From assembly GCA_013265495.1 (NCBI GenBank), contig MU057576.1, positions 61,988-81,987 of the forward strand: DNA of 20,000 bases. The letters are read 5' to 3'. The stretch is from Vicugna vicugna. Its lineage: Eukaryota. The notes under the pieces are model-generated. The model did not search any database. It was not told the origin of the DNA and saw nothing but the letters and a program-made list of their open reading frames with translations. Below, in pieces: positions 9,939 to 20,000 of this stretch (positions within the stretch are counted from its first letter, which is position 1; the number at the start of each line of letters is the position of its first letter). The translations under genes and the position numbers were made by a program.

Positions 9939-10399
9939 AACCAAGAAGAATTTCACTAACATCTCTTCCTTGGAAGTGGAGACAACTAGAAACTCAGGTC
10001 ATCCCTGAAAGGTAGGTCAGGAGGAAAATGCAGTCTTGGCTGCAGCAGTGGGTATTCAAGTCCCCCTTCCCAGTCTGATCCTACTGTTGACATGAAGCTT
10101 CTGCCATATTACAACCCTCTCAGATAGATGCAGCTTGCAAGGTGGATGAAAATTAGCCCACTGTCCCATTCTTGATTCCAGACCCTTTCTCTGTCATCCT
10201 CATACAAAAACCCTGCATCCATTTATGCTTTTTAATCTCCCTCTGGATGAGAGGCAATGGGGCCATCTTCTCACAGCTGTCATCCCTTGGTCACCCAGAT
10301 TTGCCCAGCTGATCTGGCTGATTAGTCTGGTGAATTTGTCTTCCTTCTTATCCCTGTATACAACCCTCCTTTGGCCCCTGGCTATAACATTCCCCACAC

Positions 10400-10653
10400 C
10401 CCAGTACAGAACAGTGCTTAGGGGTGTGGGCTCTAAAGCCCCAGGTTGTGGCTCAAGCACCACCTCTGAATCTAGCTCTGTGATGAGATATGGTACTTCA
10501 CCACTCTGTGCCTCAATAACTTCACACATAATGAGGATGAAATAGTAATACCCATGTCATGAAATTGGTAGAGGACTAAATGAGCTAATGCATGTAAAAT
10601 GCTTAGATTTCCTGGCCCATAAGTATCTAGTAAGTTTAGCTAATGTTATTATT
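10400..10653 (+). mobile_element. MIR SINE
   Basis: cagtgcttaggggtgtgggctct..., core ctctgtgcctca..., gaggactaaatgagctaatgcatgtaaaatgcttag, and a tattatt tail. Confidence 0.85.
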
Positions 10654-11476
10654 CATTTTATAATCATCTTCATGGAAAACTTCTTCCATATAGATAAACC
10701 ATCATACACATTAGCCTTAAAATAGTTTGACTACCATGTGTAGTCTGGTCCTGACCTTAACTTTGGGACAGAGGGCAAGGCAAACAATTTCCTAAGTGTG
10801 TCAGAGGAAAAGCACCACATGCAGTGGCCTGAAGGGGTGACTCTTTCATTGGGACCCATGTTAACAAAGATAATTATAGATATTAATCTTGCTGGTCAGC
10901 ACTTTAAGCCTTCCACTCCTGCCTCAGTCAAGCATTCTGCCCCTTTTGAAGCCCCCTTGGTGGCCCAGAAACTCCTTGGTTGTTTCTGTGTTGCATAGAT
11001 GTCCTCCAAAGTCCTATATTCTGTAGTTATAGGGGAAAGGTTTGGGGTTCAGAAATTTCCCAGACAAGTTGCCTCACTCTCTTTCTAGGATGCAGCACCT
11101 GTCTGTTGGTTAAGTCTGCCTGAAACTCAGCAGATGGCACACAGTTCCCAGCTGGTGAACACTCCAGTGGGACTCAGCAGAGAAAGTTAATTAATTGGGA
11201 AGAAGTAATTGGCATTTAAATAGGATAATTGCTTTGAAGGACCCAAGTCACCATAATGGAGTCATTTCCCTCCTTGTGGTGAAAGGCAAAACAACAGACC
11301 CTTTTCTCAGTTACTTTCAGCCCTCAGGGTCTTCTTTCTGGAATGCAGAGGCTTATTACGGCTGTGTGTAATGTACATCCTCCTTGGGGGGAATTCTGGG
11401 GATGTGGTGAGGGCATGTATGTCAACTGAAGAAGTTCCTCATTAGATATCCCTCTGAGCCCCAGACACTGTGCTAG

Positions 11477-12329
11477 TATATCAGTGCAAACACATTAGGC
11501 TGCAAGTAACAAAATCCCTGGCTGAAGGGGACTTAAATGAAAAAGATGTGTCATTATCTCACAGAACCAGACGTCTGGACACAGACAGCGCCAAGATTGG
11601 TGCCACTGTTCCACCACATCAGCAGGAATGCGGGATCTTCCCGTCTCTCTCCTCTGCTGCCCTTGGTGGGTCAGCTGTCCCCCCTCATGGTTTCAAGATG
11701 GCTTCCACACCTCCAAGTATCACAAACTTATATGATGCTATTGACTTGGAGGTTGGGAAGTAATTAGGTCTTGCGCGTGGAGGCCTCCTGAATGGGATCA
11801 GTGCCCTAATAAGAAGAGACATGAGAGAGATGATCTTTCTTCTCCCCACCATCCCCACAACCATGTCAGGGCACAGCAAGAAGGCAGCCATCTGCAAACC
11901 AGGAAAAGGGTTCTCACCAAGAATTGAATTGGCTAGCACCTTGACCTTGGACCTTGCAGGCTTCAGAGATGTGAGAAAGAAATATTTGCTGTCTAAGTCG
12001 CCCAGTTGTGGTACATTTGTTATGGTAGCCTGAGCAGACTAAGACATATGACAATATCCCAAGGAGGAAGGAAAAGATCAGAGGCAAGGGGACTTTTGCT
12101 TCACGTGGATTGTTTTCACTAAGGGGGCAGATCTTTCAGAAGATGAGAACTCAGTCACATGGTCATCTGCAGAGCAATCACTGGCAAAGGAGAATAGGAT
12201 TATCTCACTGGCTTAGACGGCCATGATTTGTCCCTTGGGAATGGCACAGTACCCTGGGAACAAAACTGAAATTCAATCACTATGGAAGAGGTAGAGCAGC
12301 TGGCGGGAGACTACCCACACTGCGTGCCA
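11477..12329 (-). mobile_element. Old MaLR LTR (MLT1J/K-like), interrupted by MLT1A
   Basis: tatatcag...ggctgcaagtaac start and ctcatggtttcaagatggct...ctccaag internal motif; resumes after 12051. Confidence 0.65.
11736..12046 (+). mobile_element. MLT1A/MLT1A0-like solo LTR with an internal 5' deletion
   Basis: tgctattgact...gcagactaagaca termini; perfect 5-bp TSD tatga (11731-11735 and 12047-12051); internal aatgggatcagtgccctaataaga and gcagccatctgcaaaccagga motifs. Confidence 0.9.
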
Positions 12330-12334
12330 AAGCC

Positions 12335-12510
12335 AGGCATGAGCAACACAGTGATAAACACAACGGACATAATCTGCCCTGAAAGTTCAGTGATGGAGAC
12401 AAGGGAGACAGGCAAGAAATAGCCATTACATATATGACCTCAAATTGTATTAATTGCAATGAGTGAAAAGCTGGGTTTTATGAGACAAACCTCAGTGACA
12501 TTAGAAGATA
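12335..12510 (-). mobile_element. Probable L2 fragment
   Basis: acacagtgataaacacaacggacataatctgccctg...ggagacag resembles the reverse-strand L2 3' region; very diverged. Confidence 0.4.
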
Positions 12511-12764
12511 AAGTCACTTCAGTCGTCCATTATATTTTTCACTGTGTATCAGTAAGATGGATTCCCAAGCCACCTATTTCAGAACAGTCCTCTGGTTTGG
12601 ATCCAGTGTGGTAGGCGGAGTAATGCCCGCCACCAAAGATGTCCCAGGTATCTGGCCCCTAGAACCTGTGAAATGTTATCTTACATTACCAAAGGGACTT
12701 TGCAGATGTGATGAAGTTAAGGATCTTGAGATGGGGAGATTATCTTGGATTATCCAGATGGATC

Positions 12765-13270
12765 TGTCAACTAAAATAAAATGCACAACTAAGAAGTTGA
12801 GAGATATGTTTTAATCAGCTGACATTTCTGAGGACTTAAGCCTGGGATGACAGCCTCTCAGATCGCTCTGAGGGACTGCTCCAAAGTGGCAAGGTAGAAG
12901 CCAGGATATATGAGTTTTTGCAATAAAGACTACATCAAAGGATTCCTGTTAGTTAAAGAAAACCAGATATCTCAAGTTAAGGAATTTAGCATTTTTCTAT
13001 GTATGGGAAGGTGCAAAGGTCTGGGCTCATTGACATCATTCCTTTGATATTCACCTAGCTTATCTTGGGCCAGTATCCTGTTCTTCCACATCCTGAATTC
13101 CCTCAGGGTTCATGGTTGGGGATGGCTCTAGAGGCTGGGCTGCCTGCTCGTCTGCATCCTGAGTTCCCTCCACTCACTGTTGGGGGAGAGGGGGTCACAG
13201 TAGTGGCTGATGACTTGAAGGCACAGTATTCTTTGTTTACTGATACAGCTTGTAAAATTTTTTGTTCACA
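12765..13270 (-). mobile_element. Cetartiodactyl MER41-like ERV1 solo LTR (506 bp)
   Basis: tgtcaactaaaataaaatgcacaac...tttgttcaca termini; internal cagcctctcagatcgctctgagggactgctcc and tttttctatgtatgggaag. The host MLT1 resumes in register. TSD is degenerate (gatc/aacc). The family name is recalled, not verified. Confidence 0.7.
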
Positions 13271-13541
13271 AACCCAACTGAATTATAAAGGTCCTTCGAA
13301 GAGGAAGGCAGGAGGGTCAAAAGCAGAGAAAGAGATGTGATGATAGAAGTGGAGGTCAGAATGAAGCAGCTAGGAGCCAAAGAAAGTGGGCAAACTCTAG
13401 AAGCTAGAAGAGGCCAGGGACAGATTCTCCCATAGAGCCTCCAGAATGAACACGGTCCTGCTGACACTCTGATTTTAGCCCCGTAAGACCTCATTTCAGA
13501 CTTCCGACCTCCAAAACTATAAAGTAATAAGTTGGTGTTAT

Positions 13542-13710
13542 CTTTTTTTATTGAAGCCCATCAGTTTACAATGTTCTGTCAATTTCTGGAGTACAGCATA
13601 ATCGTTCAGTCATACATGTACACATATATATTCATTTTCATATTTTTCACTATACGTTACTATAGGATATTGACTATAGTTCCTTGTGCTATACAGTATA
13701 AACTTACTGT
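13542..13710 (-). mobile_element. 5'-truncated lineage-specific L1 3' end (169 bp)
   Basis: T-tract then tattgaag...tttacaatgtt...gtacagcata...ttccttgtgctatacagta; perfect 14-bp TSD taagttggtgttat (13528-13541 and 13711-13724). Confidence 0.92.
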
Positions 13711-14569
13711 TAAGTTGGTGTTATTTTAAGTTTAATAATTTTGTGGAAATTTGTTATAGCAGCAATAGGAAACTAATTGACAAATTAGTCCCAGTTCAAA
13801 CTCTTCACATTTGAAATTACTTATAAATACCTGCAGATGAGAGCCAGAAAGAGCGTATCACCTGGGTACTTGGAGGAAGGGGGTCACTGTTAATCATTTT
13901 GAACAGCTTTAATCTAAGAGGAGATGACATAAAAGACATTTCTATAATATTTTTATGAATCCTTCCTCTTCCTCTCTCTACAGAGACAAAAAAGTGGGGC
14001 TTAGCAACTTCCAAGTATTCTCTGGAACACAACTTCAGGAGTCTGTTATGTTTTTCACTCCAAGCTGAACTTCCTAAGAACTCATCATCAGGTATACATA
14101 ACAGAGAACATGATTTCAGATCATAGCTTTCCTCTTAGAGAAATAAACAAAGACAAAAATTTCGGCTAACTATTTTTATAGCAATTTGCCAGAGCTAATG
14201 CTGGTGCTGAACACAATCTGTCTCTGGAAGAGAATTCTGACACTGCAGCTCCCCTGTGAATCGTGAGTGTGAATTGATCCTGAGCCCTCCTTTGTGAACT
14301 GACATGAAGACCAAGAGGTGAGTGCTGAGAAGGTCTTTGTTGGACTCAGGAAGAAAATCAGATGAGAAAAAGGCAGCCAGCACTGTCATTTGGGGGAGAG
14401 AAACAATTATTGGAACACAAGCCTAGAAGATGGTAAAATAAGCAAAAAGGGAACATTTAAATAAACATTTTTAAACTGTTAATATGAAGGAGTAAAAAAT
14501 TCCAATCAGCAAACACTCCCCTAAAGGGCCCAAAATGTCATTTTATGGAATTTAAATAGCAAGCAAAAG

Positions 14570-15240
14570 CATTTATCTCTTCTCCATCCTTTCTTGCCCA
14601 GCCCTGCGCCACTGCCCTGGCTCAAAATCTCTAGCCTTGATGATGAAAGAACTTTATAGCTCATTTTTCGTGCCTCATCACTTTCCAGTCTATTTTCCAC
14701 ACTGCTGCCAGGGTGGATTTTTAAAACATAGATCTTATCAAATCACTTCTCTACTAAAAACAATTTGCTGACTCCTAGCACCAGGCACCTGGTAGGAATT
14801 TTTTTTTTTTATGGCACATATATCCTTGTATGAGCTGGCCCATCTCTCATTTATACCGTTCCTTCCCCTCAGCCTGCAAGTAGACCACATCAAGCTGCCT
14901 AAGCATGCCATGCTATTTCAAGATTCCATACATTCATGCGTCCTTTTCCCCCCAACTGGAATGCTCTTGCTCCCACCCTACCCTAAATCTACCTAGCAAA
15001 CTCCAACTCATTTTTTAAGGCCAAACACAAACATCTCTCAATGGTCTTCTCAGTCCATTCAGAGTTGACCATCATGACCACTGGTGCTTACCACTAGCAT
15101 TACTATTGTTTTTCATATGTCTGTATTCTCAACCTGACCATAAACTTCCTGAAGAAGAGACTCTGGCTTGTTCACCATTTTATCCCCAGCAGCCAGCACA
15201 CAGTCAGGCCCTCAGTGAATGTTTATTGAAAGCAAATCAA
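14570..15240 (+). mobile_element. L2 LINE 3' region
   Basis: cagtctattttccacactgctgccagggtgga..., cccccaactggaatgctct, and terminal ttgttcaccattttatccccagc...cctcagtgaatgtttattgaa. Confidence 0.8.
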
Positions 15241-15244
15241 CAAG

Positions 15245-15940
15245 AGGTTGTGTTTAGCTGCATGTAATGGAGACACAAGCATAAATTTGTAAGAGTTTTT
15301 TTTTAACATTTTTTATTGATTTATAATCATTTTACAATGTTGCATCAAATTCCAGTGTCGAGCACAATTTTTCAGTTATACGTGAACATACATATATTCA
15401 TTGTCACATTTTTTTTCACTGTGAACTACCACAAGATCTTGTATATATTTCCCTGTGCTACACAGTACAATCTTGTTTCTCTATTCTACATACGTCTGTC
15501 AGTATTGACAAATTTTGAACTCCCAGTCTGTCCCTTGAGGGTTGGTTTTTTTTCTTACATACTTGAGAAGTTTTGAGGTTGGAAGTCCAAAGCTGCCTTA
15601 GCAGTGCCATGGTGGTACCAATGTCCCAGGTCTCTTCTTTCTATCTTTTGACTCTTCTTGCCTGAACTTGGTCACCTCAAGTTGTATAAAGTCTATTTTC
15701 CATGCCAGGAAAGAAGAAAAAGAAGGATGTGGCAAAGATAAAAGGAACTTTGCCGATACCATGAAAGCAAAATTTCACAAAATACCTCCAGCAGACTTCT
15801 ACTCAAGTCTCATCATCTGGAACTGTGTCATCCTTAGCTGCAAGGACAACTGGGAAATGTCATTTGCTCATTGGGTGCATTGTCACTTTGAACAAAATCA
15901 GCATTTTCTTAGAAAAAAATAGTGAACATTAGATACATAA
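15245..15940 (-). mobile_element. Old MaLR LTR (MLT1J-like), interrupted by an L1 tail
   Basis: tgtttagctgcatgtaa start; ccagcagacttc, tagctgcaaggacaactgggaaatg and aacaaaatcag motifs. Confidence 0.6.
15296..15536 (-). mobile_element. Camelid-type young L1 3' end
   Basis: tttttaacattttttattgatttataatcattttacaatgttg..tcaaattccagtgt...atttccctgtgctacacagta matches the camelid L1 3'UTR as I recall it. No clean TSD found. Confidence 0.85.
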
Positions 15941-16060
15941 TGCATGAGAAATTGAGCTTTAACAAAGCACTGAGACAGTTGATGCCTTTGTAAAAGTTAT
16001 ACTCAAATCTTCTTAAGGTTAAGGTACCCAGTCAAGGATCAAGCACAGAGAACGCTCACT

Positions 16061-16175
16061 CTAGTGGTTCTCCGCGCGTTACAAACCTTTTTAAAAATGC
16101 AGAAATAAAGATTCCCAGGCTCAACCCTTGTGCCACAGAATCAGAATCTCAGAGGCTGGGAATCTAGAATGTTGG
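16061..16175. mobile_element. MER5-like hAT-Charlie fragment
   Basis: tagtggttctc terminus followed by aaaaatgcaga...gattcccaggc...agaatcagaatctc. Confidence 0.6.
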
Positions 16176-16347
16176 TCCACCAGGTAGAGCTGTGTACAGC
16201 TGATGGTAACTATATGGCATGGCCCTGCAGACATACGGCTTTTATAAACTCTATATGCACTTCCACTGCACAACCAGGGTTCAGTCTCTACCTTAGATAC
16301 TTGGCCTTTGGTTTAAGCCAAAAAGTCAAACCTCAGATGGGAAGATG

Positions 16348-16602
16348 GGAGTATAATGTGGTGGTTAAGTGCATGGGTCGTGGAGTTAGGGGATCTTAGC
16401 TCCCCATCCCTTACCCGCTGAGCAATCTTAAGTTAGTTGATGTCTCTGCATTGTTTTCTCATTCACAAAATGGAATAATGATAACATTATATTATAGTAT
16501 AAGTTTAGTAAAAGAATCAAAGGAGATGATACCTGTATGGAATGTGGATTGGGGGCTGATACATGGTAAGCATTCAGTGGGTTTTAGGTACTGATATTAT
16601 TA
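16348..16602 (+). mobile_element. MIR SINE
   Basis: gtataatgtggtggttaagtgcatggg..., ttttctcattcacaaaatggaataatgataa, tacatggtaagcattca. Confidence 0.8.
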
Positions 16603-16644
16603 CTCTAGATCTATAAGCAAAGAGTGAAGAGACTTCACTAAATT

Positions 16645-17235
16645 ATTTCTTAAAGATGCCTTTTATCAAGCTGAAGAAGTTCCCATCTATTTCTAATTCC
16701 CTGAGACTCTTTAATCACAAATGGGTATTGAATTTTGTCAAATGCTTTTTCTGCAGCTACTGAAATGGTCATTTGAGTTTTCTCTTTTATTCTGTTAATG
16801 TGATTATTGCATTGATTTTTTTTGAATGTTAAGACAAAATTGCATTCCTAGAATTAAATCGCATTTGGCCATGATGTGTGTGTGTGTGTGCGTGTGTGTG
16901 TTTTAATATTATTGGATTTGAGTTGCCAGTTGTCCAGAATTTTTGTGGCTATGTTTGGAGGGATATTGATCTGCGGTTTGTTGTTGTTTTTGTTGTTGTC
17001 TTTTCCTTGCACTGTCTGTCTTGTTTTGTTACAGAGTACTGCTGCCCTCATGAAATGAATTGAAAAATATTCTCTCCTCTTCAACTTCTGAGAGTTTATA
17101 CACAATTGGTATTAGTTCTTCCTTAAATATTTGCTAGAAATCACCCATGAAACTATTTGGGCATGGAGTTTTCTTCATAGAAATGTTTCCAATTATGTAT
17201 TCAATTTATTGAGACATGCAGGGCTAGTAAGTTTA
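16645..17235 (-). mobile_element. Old L1M ORF2 fragment (N-terminal part of the reverse transcriptase)
   Basis: Reverse complement of 16700-16875 encodes decayed [27 protein letters not shown] motifs; heavily frameshifted. Confidence 0.85.
16875..16900 (+). repeat. (TG)n microsatellite with one CG interruption
   Basis: tgtgtgtgtgtgtgtgcgtgtgtgtg. Confidence 0.9.
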
Positions 17236-17514
17236 TTCCACTAGAAATAAAAAGTTCAGCATCTGTGAAAATACACCACAGTCCCACCTTGACTCTTGTT
17301 GGAAACAGAGTGACACAGAACCTCTGGGCTAAGTCTTGCCCCACGGAAGCATGCTGTCTCCTGCAACACTGCTTGCTGGAACCAGCTCCTCTACTTAGAC
17401 TCCAGCTGAGCTAAGGAGATACCACCATCAGGTGTGAGCTAGAAGGCAGCTTTCCTACCAGTTTGGCTTACATCAGGGAGAAATGAGCCAGGAGACTCCA
17501 CATGGGTCCCGGCT

Positions 17515-17660
17515 GGGGCCACAGGTGCAACTAAGCACAGAGGATATTGCACAACTCTAGGGGGACCCATTTGCATTAGAGATATCATAATTTGCATATC
17601 TGTTGCAACAGTTTTCCAGCAGATGTCAGGGAAAGATCTCAAGGAAAGTGTGCTGGCCTC
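17515..17660 (+). mobile_element. MER91(B)-like hAT-Tip100 relic
   Basis: ttgcacaactctaggggg...ttttccagcagatgtcag...tctcaaggaa parallels the recalled MER91B consensus (ttgcacaactccaggggg...ttttccggcagatggcag...tcttgaggaa). Confidence 0.6.
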
Positions 17661-18084
17661 ACCTGACCAGTGAGGTCTATGGCAGCCTAGACAGAGGCTG
17701 AGACAGCAGACAGGATCAACCAGCTCACTGATTCAGTGGTTCATCAAATACATATTGTAAGCCTCCTGTGTGTCAGATCCAGGACTTGGTGTTTCCCTGG
17801 TGCATGTTGTTAGGAAAATCATTTCACCTCAGAGCAAACAGATATATTACTGAGTCAACAGCACAATTCACAAACAACTTTTAAGATAAAACAGAAATCT
17901 TCAAGAATGATTATGCTGCCCCCTCCCCAATCTTGGGCCTTCAGACCCGCCCAGGGCTACATGATGCGTCTCTGTTTAAGAGGTCCACAGAGGAACCCTT
18001 TACTGGATTACTCCTTTAAGGAATAATTATCCACAACCACAACATCCCAAGTTAATGGAAGCCAGCCACCAACTGTAATACAGA

Positions 18085-18630
18085 CATTTTTTTCAACATT
18101 TGCCAAAATCGAAAATATACTAATGCCATAATAAGTCCCAATTTTAAATGTTTGAAATTGTATAGAAAATACCCTCTAACCACAATGGAATTATTTCAGG
18201 AAGAAAATAACAAAAAGATCATTAGAAAAATCCCAAAATAAGCAATATACTTTGGGGGTGGGGGGTTGGTTAGGCTTATTCATTTTTAATGGAATCATTT
18301 TTAAGGACTGGGGATTGAACCCAGGACCTCATGCATGCTAGGCACATACTTCACCACTGAGCTATACCCTCTCCCCAAGCAACACACTTCTAAAATAAAC
18401 CTCCTGGTTCAAAAAAAAGTTACAATGAAAATTATAAATTATACTAAATGGAAAAAATTTATTCTAAATGAAATGATAGTTAAAATATAGTATCAAAAAT
18501 TTAAGACATAGCTAAAGCAGCTCTTAGAAAAAATGTAGAGCTTTGAATACTTGCATTAGAAAAAAGGCTGAAAATTGACTACCCAAATACGTATTTCGAA
18601 AGTTAGAAAAAAAATAGCAAATTAAAACAT
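18085..18630 (+). mobile_element. Old L1M ORF2 fragment (end of the endonuclease domain), interrupted by a SINE
   Basis: A-rich; ctctaaccacaatggaatt (SDHNGI-like motif), aagcaacacacttcta, catagctaaagcag. Confidence 0.7.
18253..18376 (-). mobile_element. Camelid tRNA-derived SINE (Vic-1 type)
   Basis: Reverse complement reads ggggagagggtatagctcagtggtgaag (A box)...gaggtcctgggttcaatcccc (B box), then an AT-rich body and C-rich tail. TSD aagcaatatactt (18240-18252) / aagcaacacactt (18377-18389), 11/13 identical. Confidence 0.9.
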
Positions 18631-18925
18631 ATTCAAAGCATGATTTGCGTGGTACATAGTAAGTACCATACAACTATTAATTTTATTATTATTACCTAGC
18701 TTGGGTAGGGGAGGAAATGGTGCTATATATGCAACGTGGTTTACTGAAAGAAACTTACCAAGTTCTCTGCATTAGAATGTGGGTTTAAAGCCCCACATAT
18801 TAATAAAATAGCAATTCTAATTTTTTTAATGAAACAAAGCAAAGAGAAATGGTTAAGATGGACAGCTCTAAAGCTAAAGTTATATGGGTTGGACTCCAGG
18901 ATCTATGGCTGACAAACTGTATGAC

Positions 18926-20000
18926 TGTTTTAATTACCTATTGTTCTCTAACAAACTATCCCAAAACTCAGTGGCTTAAAACACCACCATTTTATTGCAC
19001 ACATTTTGCATGTTGGGAATTTGGACAGGGCTCAGCAAGCAAGCTTCTGCTCCGTGTGGTGTTAGCAAGGTGGTTACATTCAGCTAGTGACTAGGCTGAG
19101 CTAACAGGTCCAGGGCTGTGGTTCTCCTCCACATGGGCCCTATTATCATATGGCCTCTGTCTCTACCAGGATAGGCTGGACTTGATGTTGCTGGTGGAAG
19201 TAACTGGTGTTCTAGGTTCTTGTCCCACCCCAGAATGAATTCAGAGACAAGAAATAGTGGTTAAAAAAAGTAAAGTGAGAATTTGTTAAAGGATGGATAG
19301 TACATTCTCAAGGGGAGAACGGGAAGGCGCAGGTGAGCAGCTGCCCTATGTTTCTTTGGCAAGTTACGCAGGTGAGGCCCTATGTTTCTTTGGCAAGTTA
19401 GCTACATAGGGTGTGAAAATGAATGGGTGGAATATTCACTGGGGAGGGAAGGGTTTAGGGTCATATTCCCTGATTATCATCCCAACTCCACCTTCCTGGA
19501 GGGAGGAGGGATTTTTGTCCTTATTTAGTCTGGATCAGAAGGGTCATGGCATCAGTGCATGATGGGTACTTCTAACCTACAAGACTAATCTTATTGAAAT
19601 GAGGGCATAATGAGCAAAAGGTCACATTCAGACACTGGAAATTCCTGCCTTTTCTCACCTTTCTTTGTCAGTCTCCAAGCCACTCATCACCCCAAAAGAT
19701 GTGACCACTTATCAGCCCAAAGTTTCCTTCCTGCTCTTCTTTCTCTGCCCAGGGATCCCTGCTCCTCACATGATGTGTGGTTTCCTGCATTTGGCCTGTA
19801 CTCCTTCTTTCTGCCCAATTCCTGCCATTTGGTCTGTGTCCCCCTTTTTCTGCTCATATCTAGCTATCTGCCTGCTCTAACATTTATACTGGGGTCAATA
19901 GGTAATAGGAGAATGAAAACAGACCCTGAAAGGCCCCTTAAGGCCTCCATCAGAAGTTGTACCGTATCACTTTAATTGCATTCTGTTGATCACAGCAAAT
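18926..20000 (-). mobile_element. MLT1H-like MaLR LTR, interrupted by an LTR at 19186-19882; runs off the right edge
   Basis: taacaaactatcccaaaactcagtggcttaaaaca...ggaatttggacagggctcagc; resumes with ttaaggcct...tcactt...gcattctgttgatcacagcaa. Confidence 0.78.
19186..19882 (-). mobile_element. ERV1-type solo LTR (697 bp) with an internal tandem duplication
   Basis: tgttgctgg...gcctgctctaaca termini; 4-bp TSD ttga/ttta; the host MLT1 is continuous across it. Strand is inferred. Confidence 0.78.

Larger units (their letters stand above)
12607..13782 (+). mobile_element. MLT1C/D-like MaLR LTR split by two younger insertions
   Basis: tgtggtaggc...aaagatgtcc...agggactttgcagatgtgatgaagttaaggatcttgagatggggagattatc; resumes at 13271 (ctctagaagct, gattctcccatagagcctccaga); ends atttgttatagcagcaataggaaactaa. 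Confidence 0.88.

Noticed and set aside
10200..10545. Overlapping 109-aa and 106-aa ORFs on opposite strands
   Set aside because: They run into a MIR, show no recognisable domain and are of chance length.
12765..13270. Interferon-inducible enhancer, as reported for some MER41-family LTRs
   Set aside because: I found no TTCnnnGAA (GAS) motif in this copy, and the family assignment is itself unverified.
18305..18376. tRNA gene (A and B boxes present)
   Set aside because: It has a SINE body, tail and TSD and sits inside an L1 fragment; it is a tRNA-derived SINE.
5757..19882. Paired LTRs of one intact provirus
   Set aside because: The four younger LTRs (5757, 6858, 12765, 19186) differ in sequence, each has its own flanking duplication, and no gag/pol/env is seen.
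19610..19975. 121-aa ORF
   Set aside because: It spans the junction between a solo LTR and its MLT1 host; pyrimidine-rich low-complexity translation with no homology.
1..20000. Prokaryotic-type system (CRISPR array, operon, retron, defence island)
   Set aside because: Mammalian repeat-dominated DNA with no regularly spaced repeat-spacer array and no long intact ORFs; the only RT-like sequence is decayed L1.

Overview
Mammalian, repeat-rich, CpG-poor non-coding DNA, most likely from a camelid (alpaca/llama/camel), judged from a Vic-1-type tRNA SINE and camelid-style L1 3' ends. No intact protein-coding gene is visible. The window opens with the 3' end of a KPNA2 (importin alpha-1) processed pseudogene: last codons, 3'UTR, AATAAA and poly-A. 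Its two frameshifts compensate each other. At 1875-4762 lies a ~2.9 kb L1-derived element: 5'UTR, decayed ORF1, an assembly gap with (GAAA)n, two inverted and out-of-order ORF2 fragments, then AATAAA/poly-A, bounded by a degenerate 17-bp candidate TSD. This fits a non-autonomous half-L1 (HAL1-like) element. The rest is a layered mosaic of old eutherian repeats (MaLR and ERVL LTRs, MER63, MER91, MER5, MIR, L2, L1M), several of them split by younger solo LTRs, L1 tails and a SINE with readable target-site duplications. A MER91-like relic carries two perfect octamer motifs 21 bp apart. Repeat family names come from my recollection of consensus sequences and need RepeatMasker/Dfam confirmation. 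I see no evidence for a novel multi-gene system.
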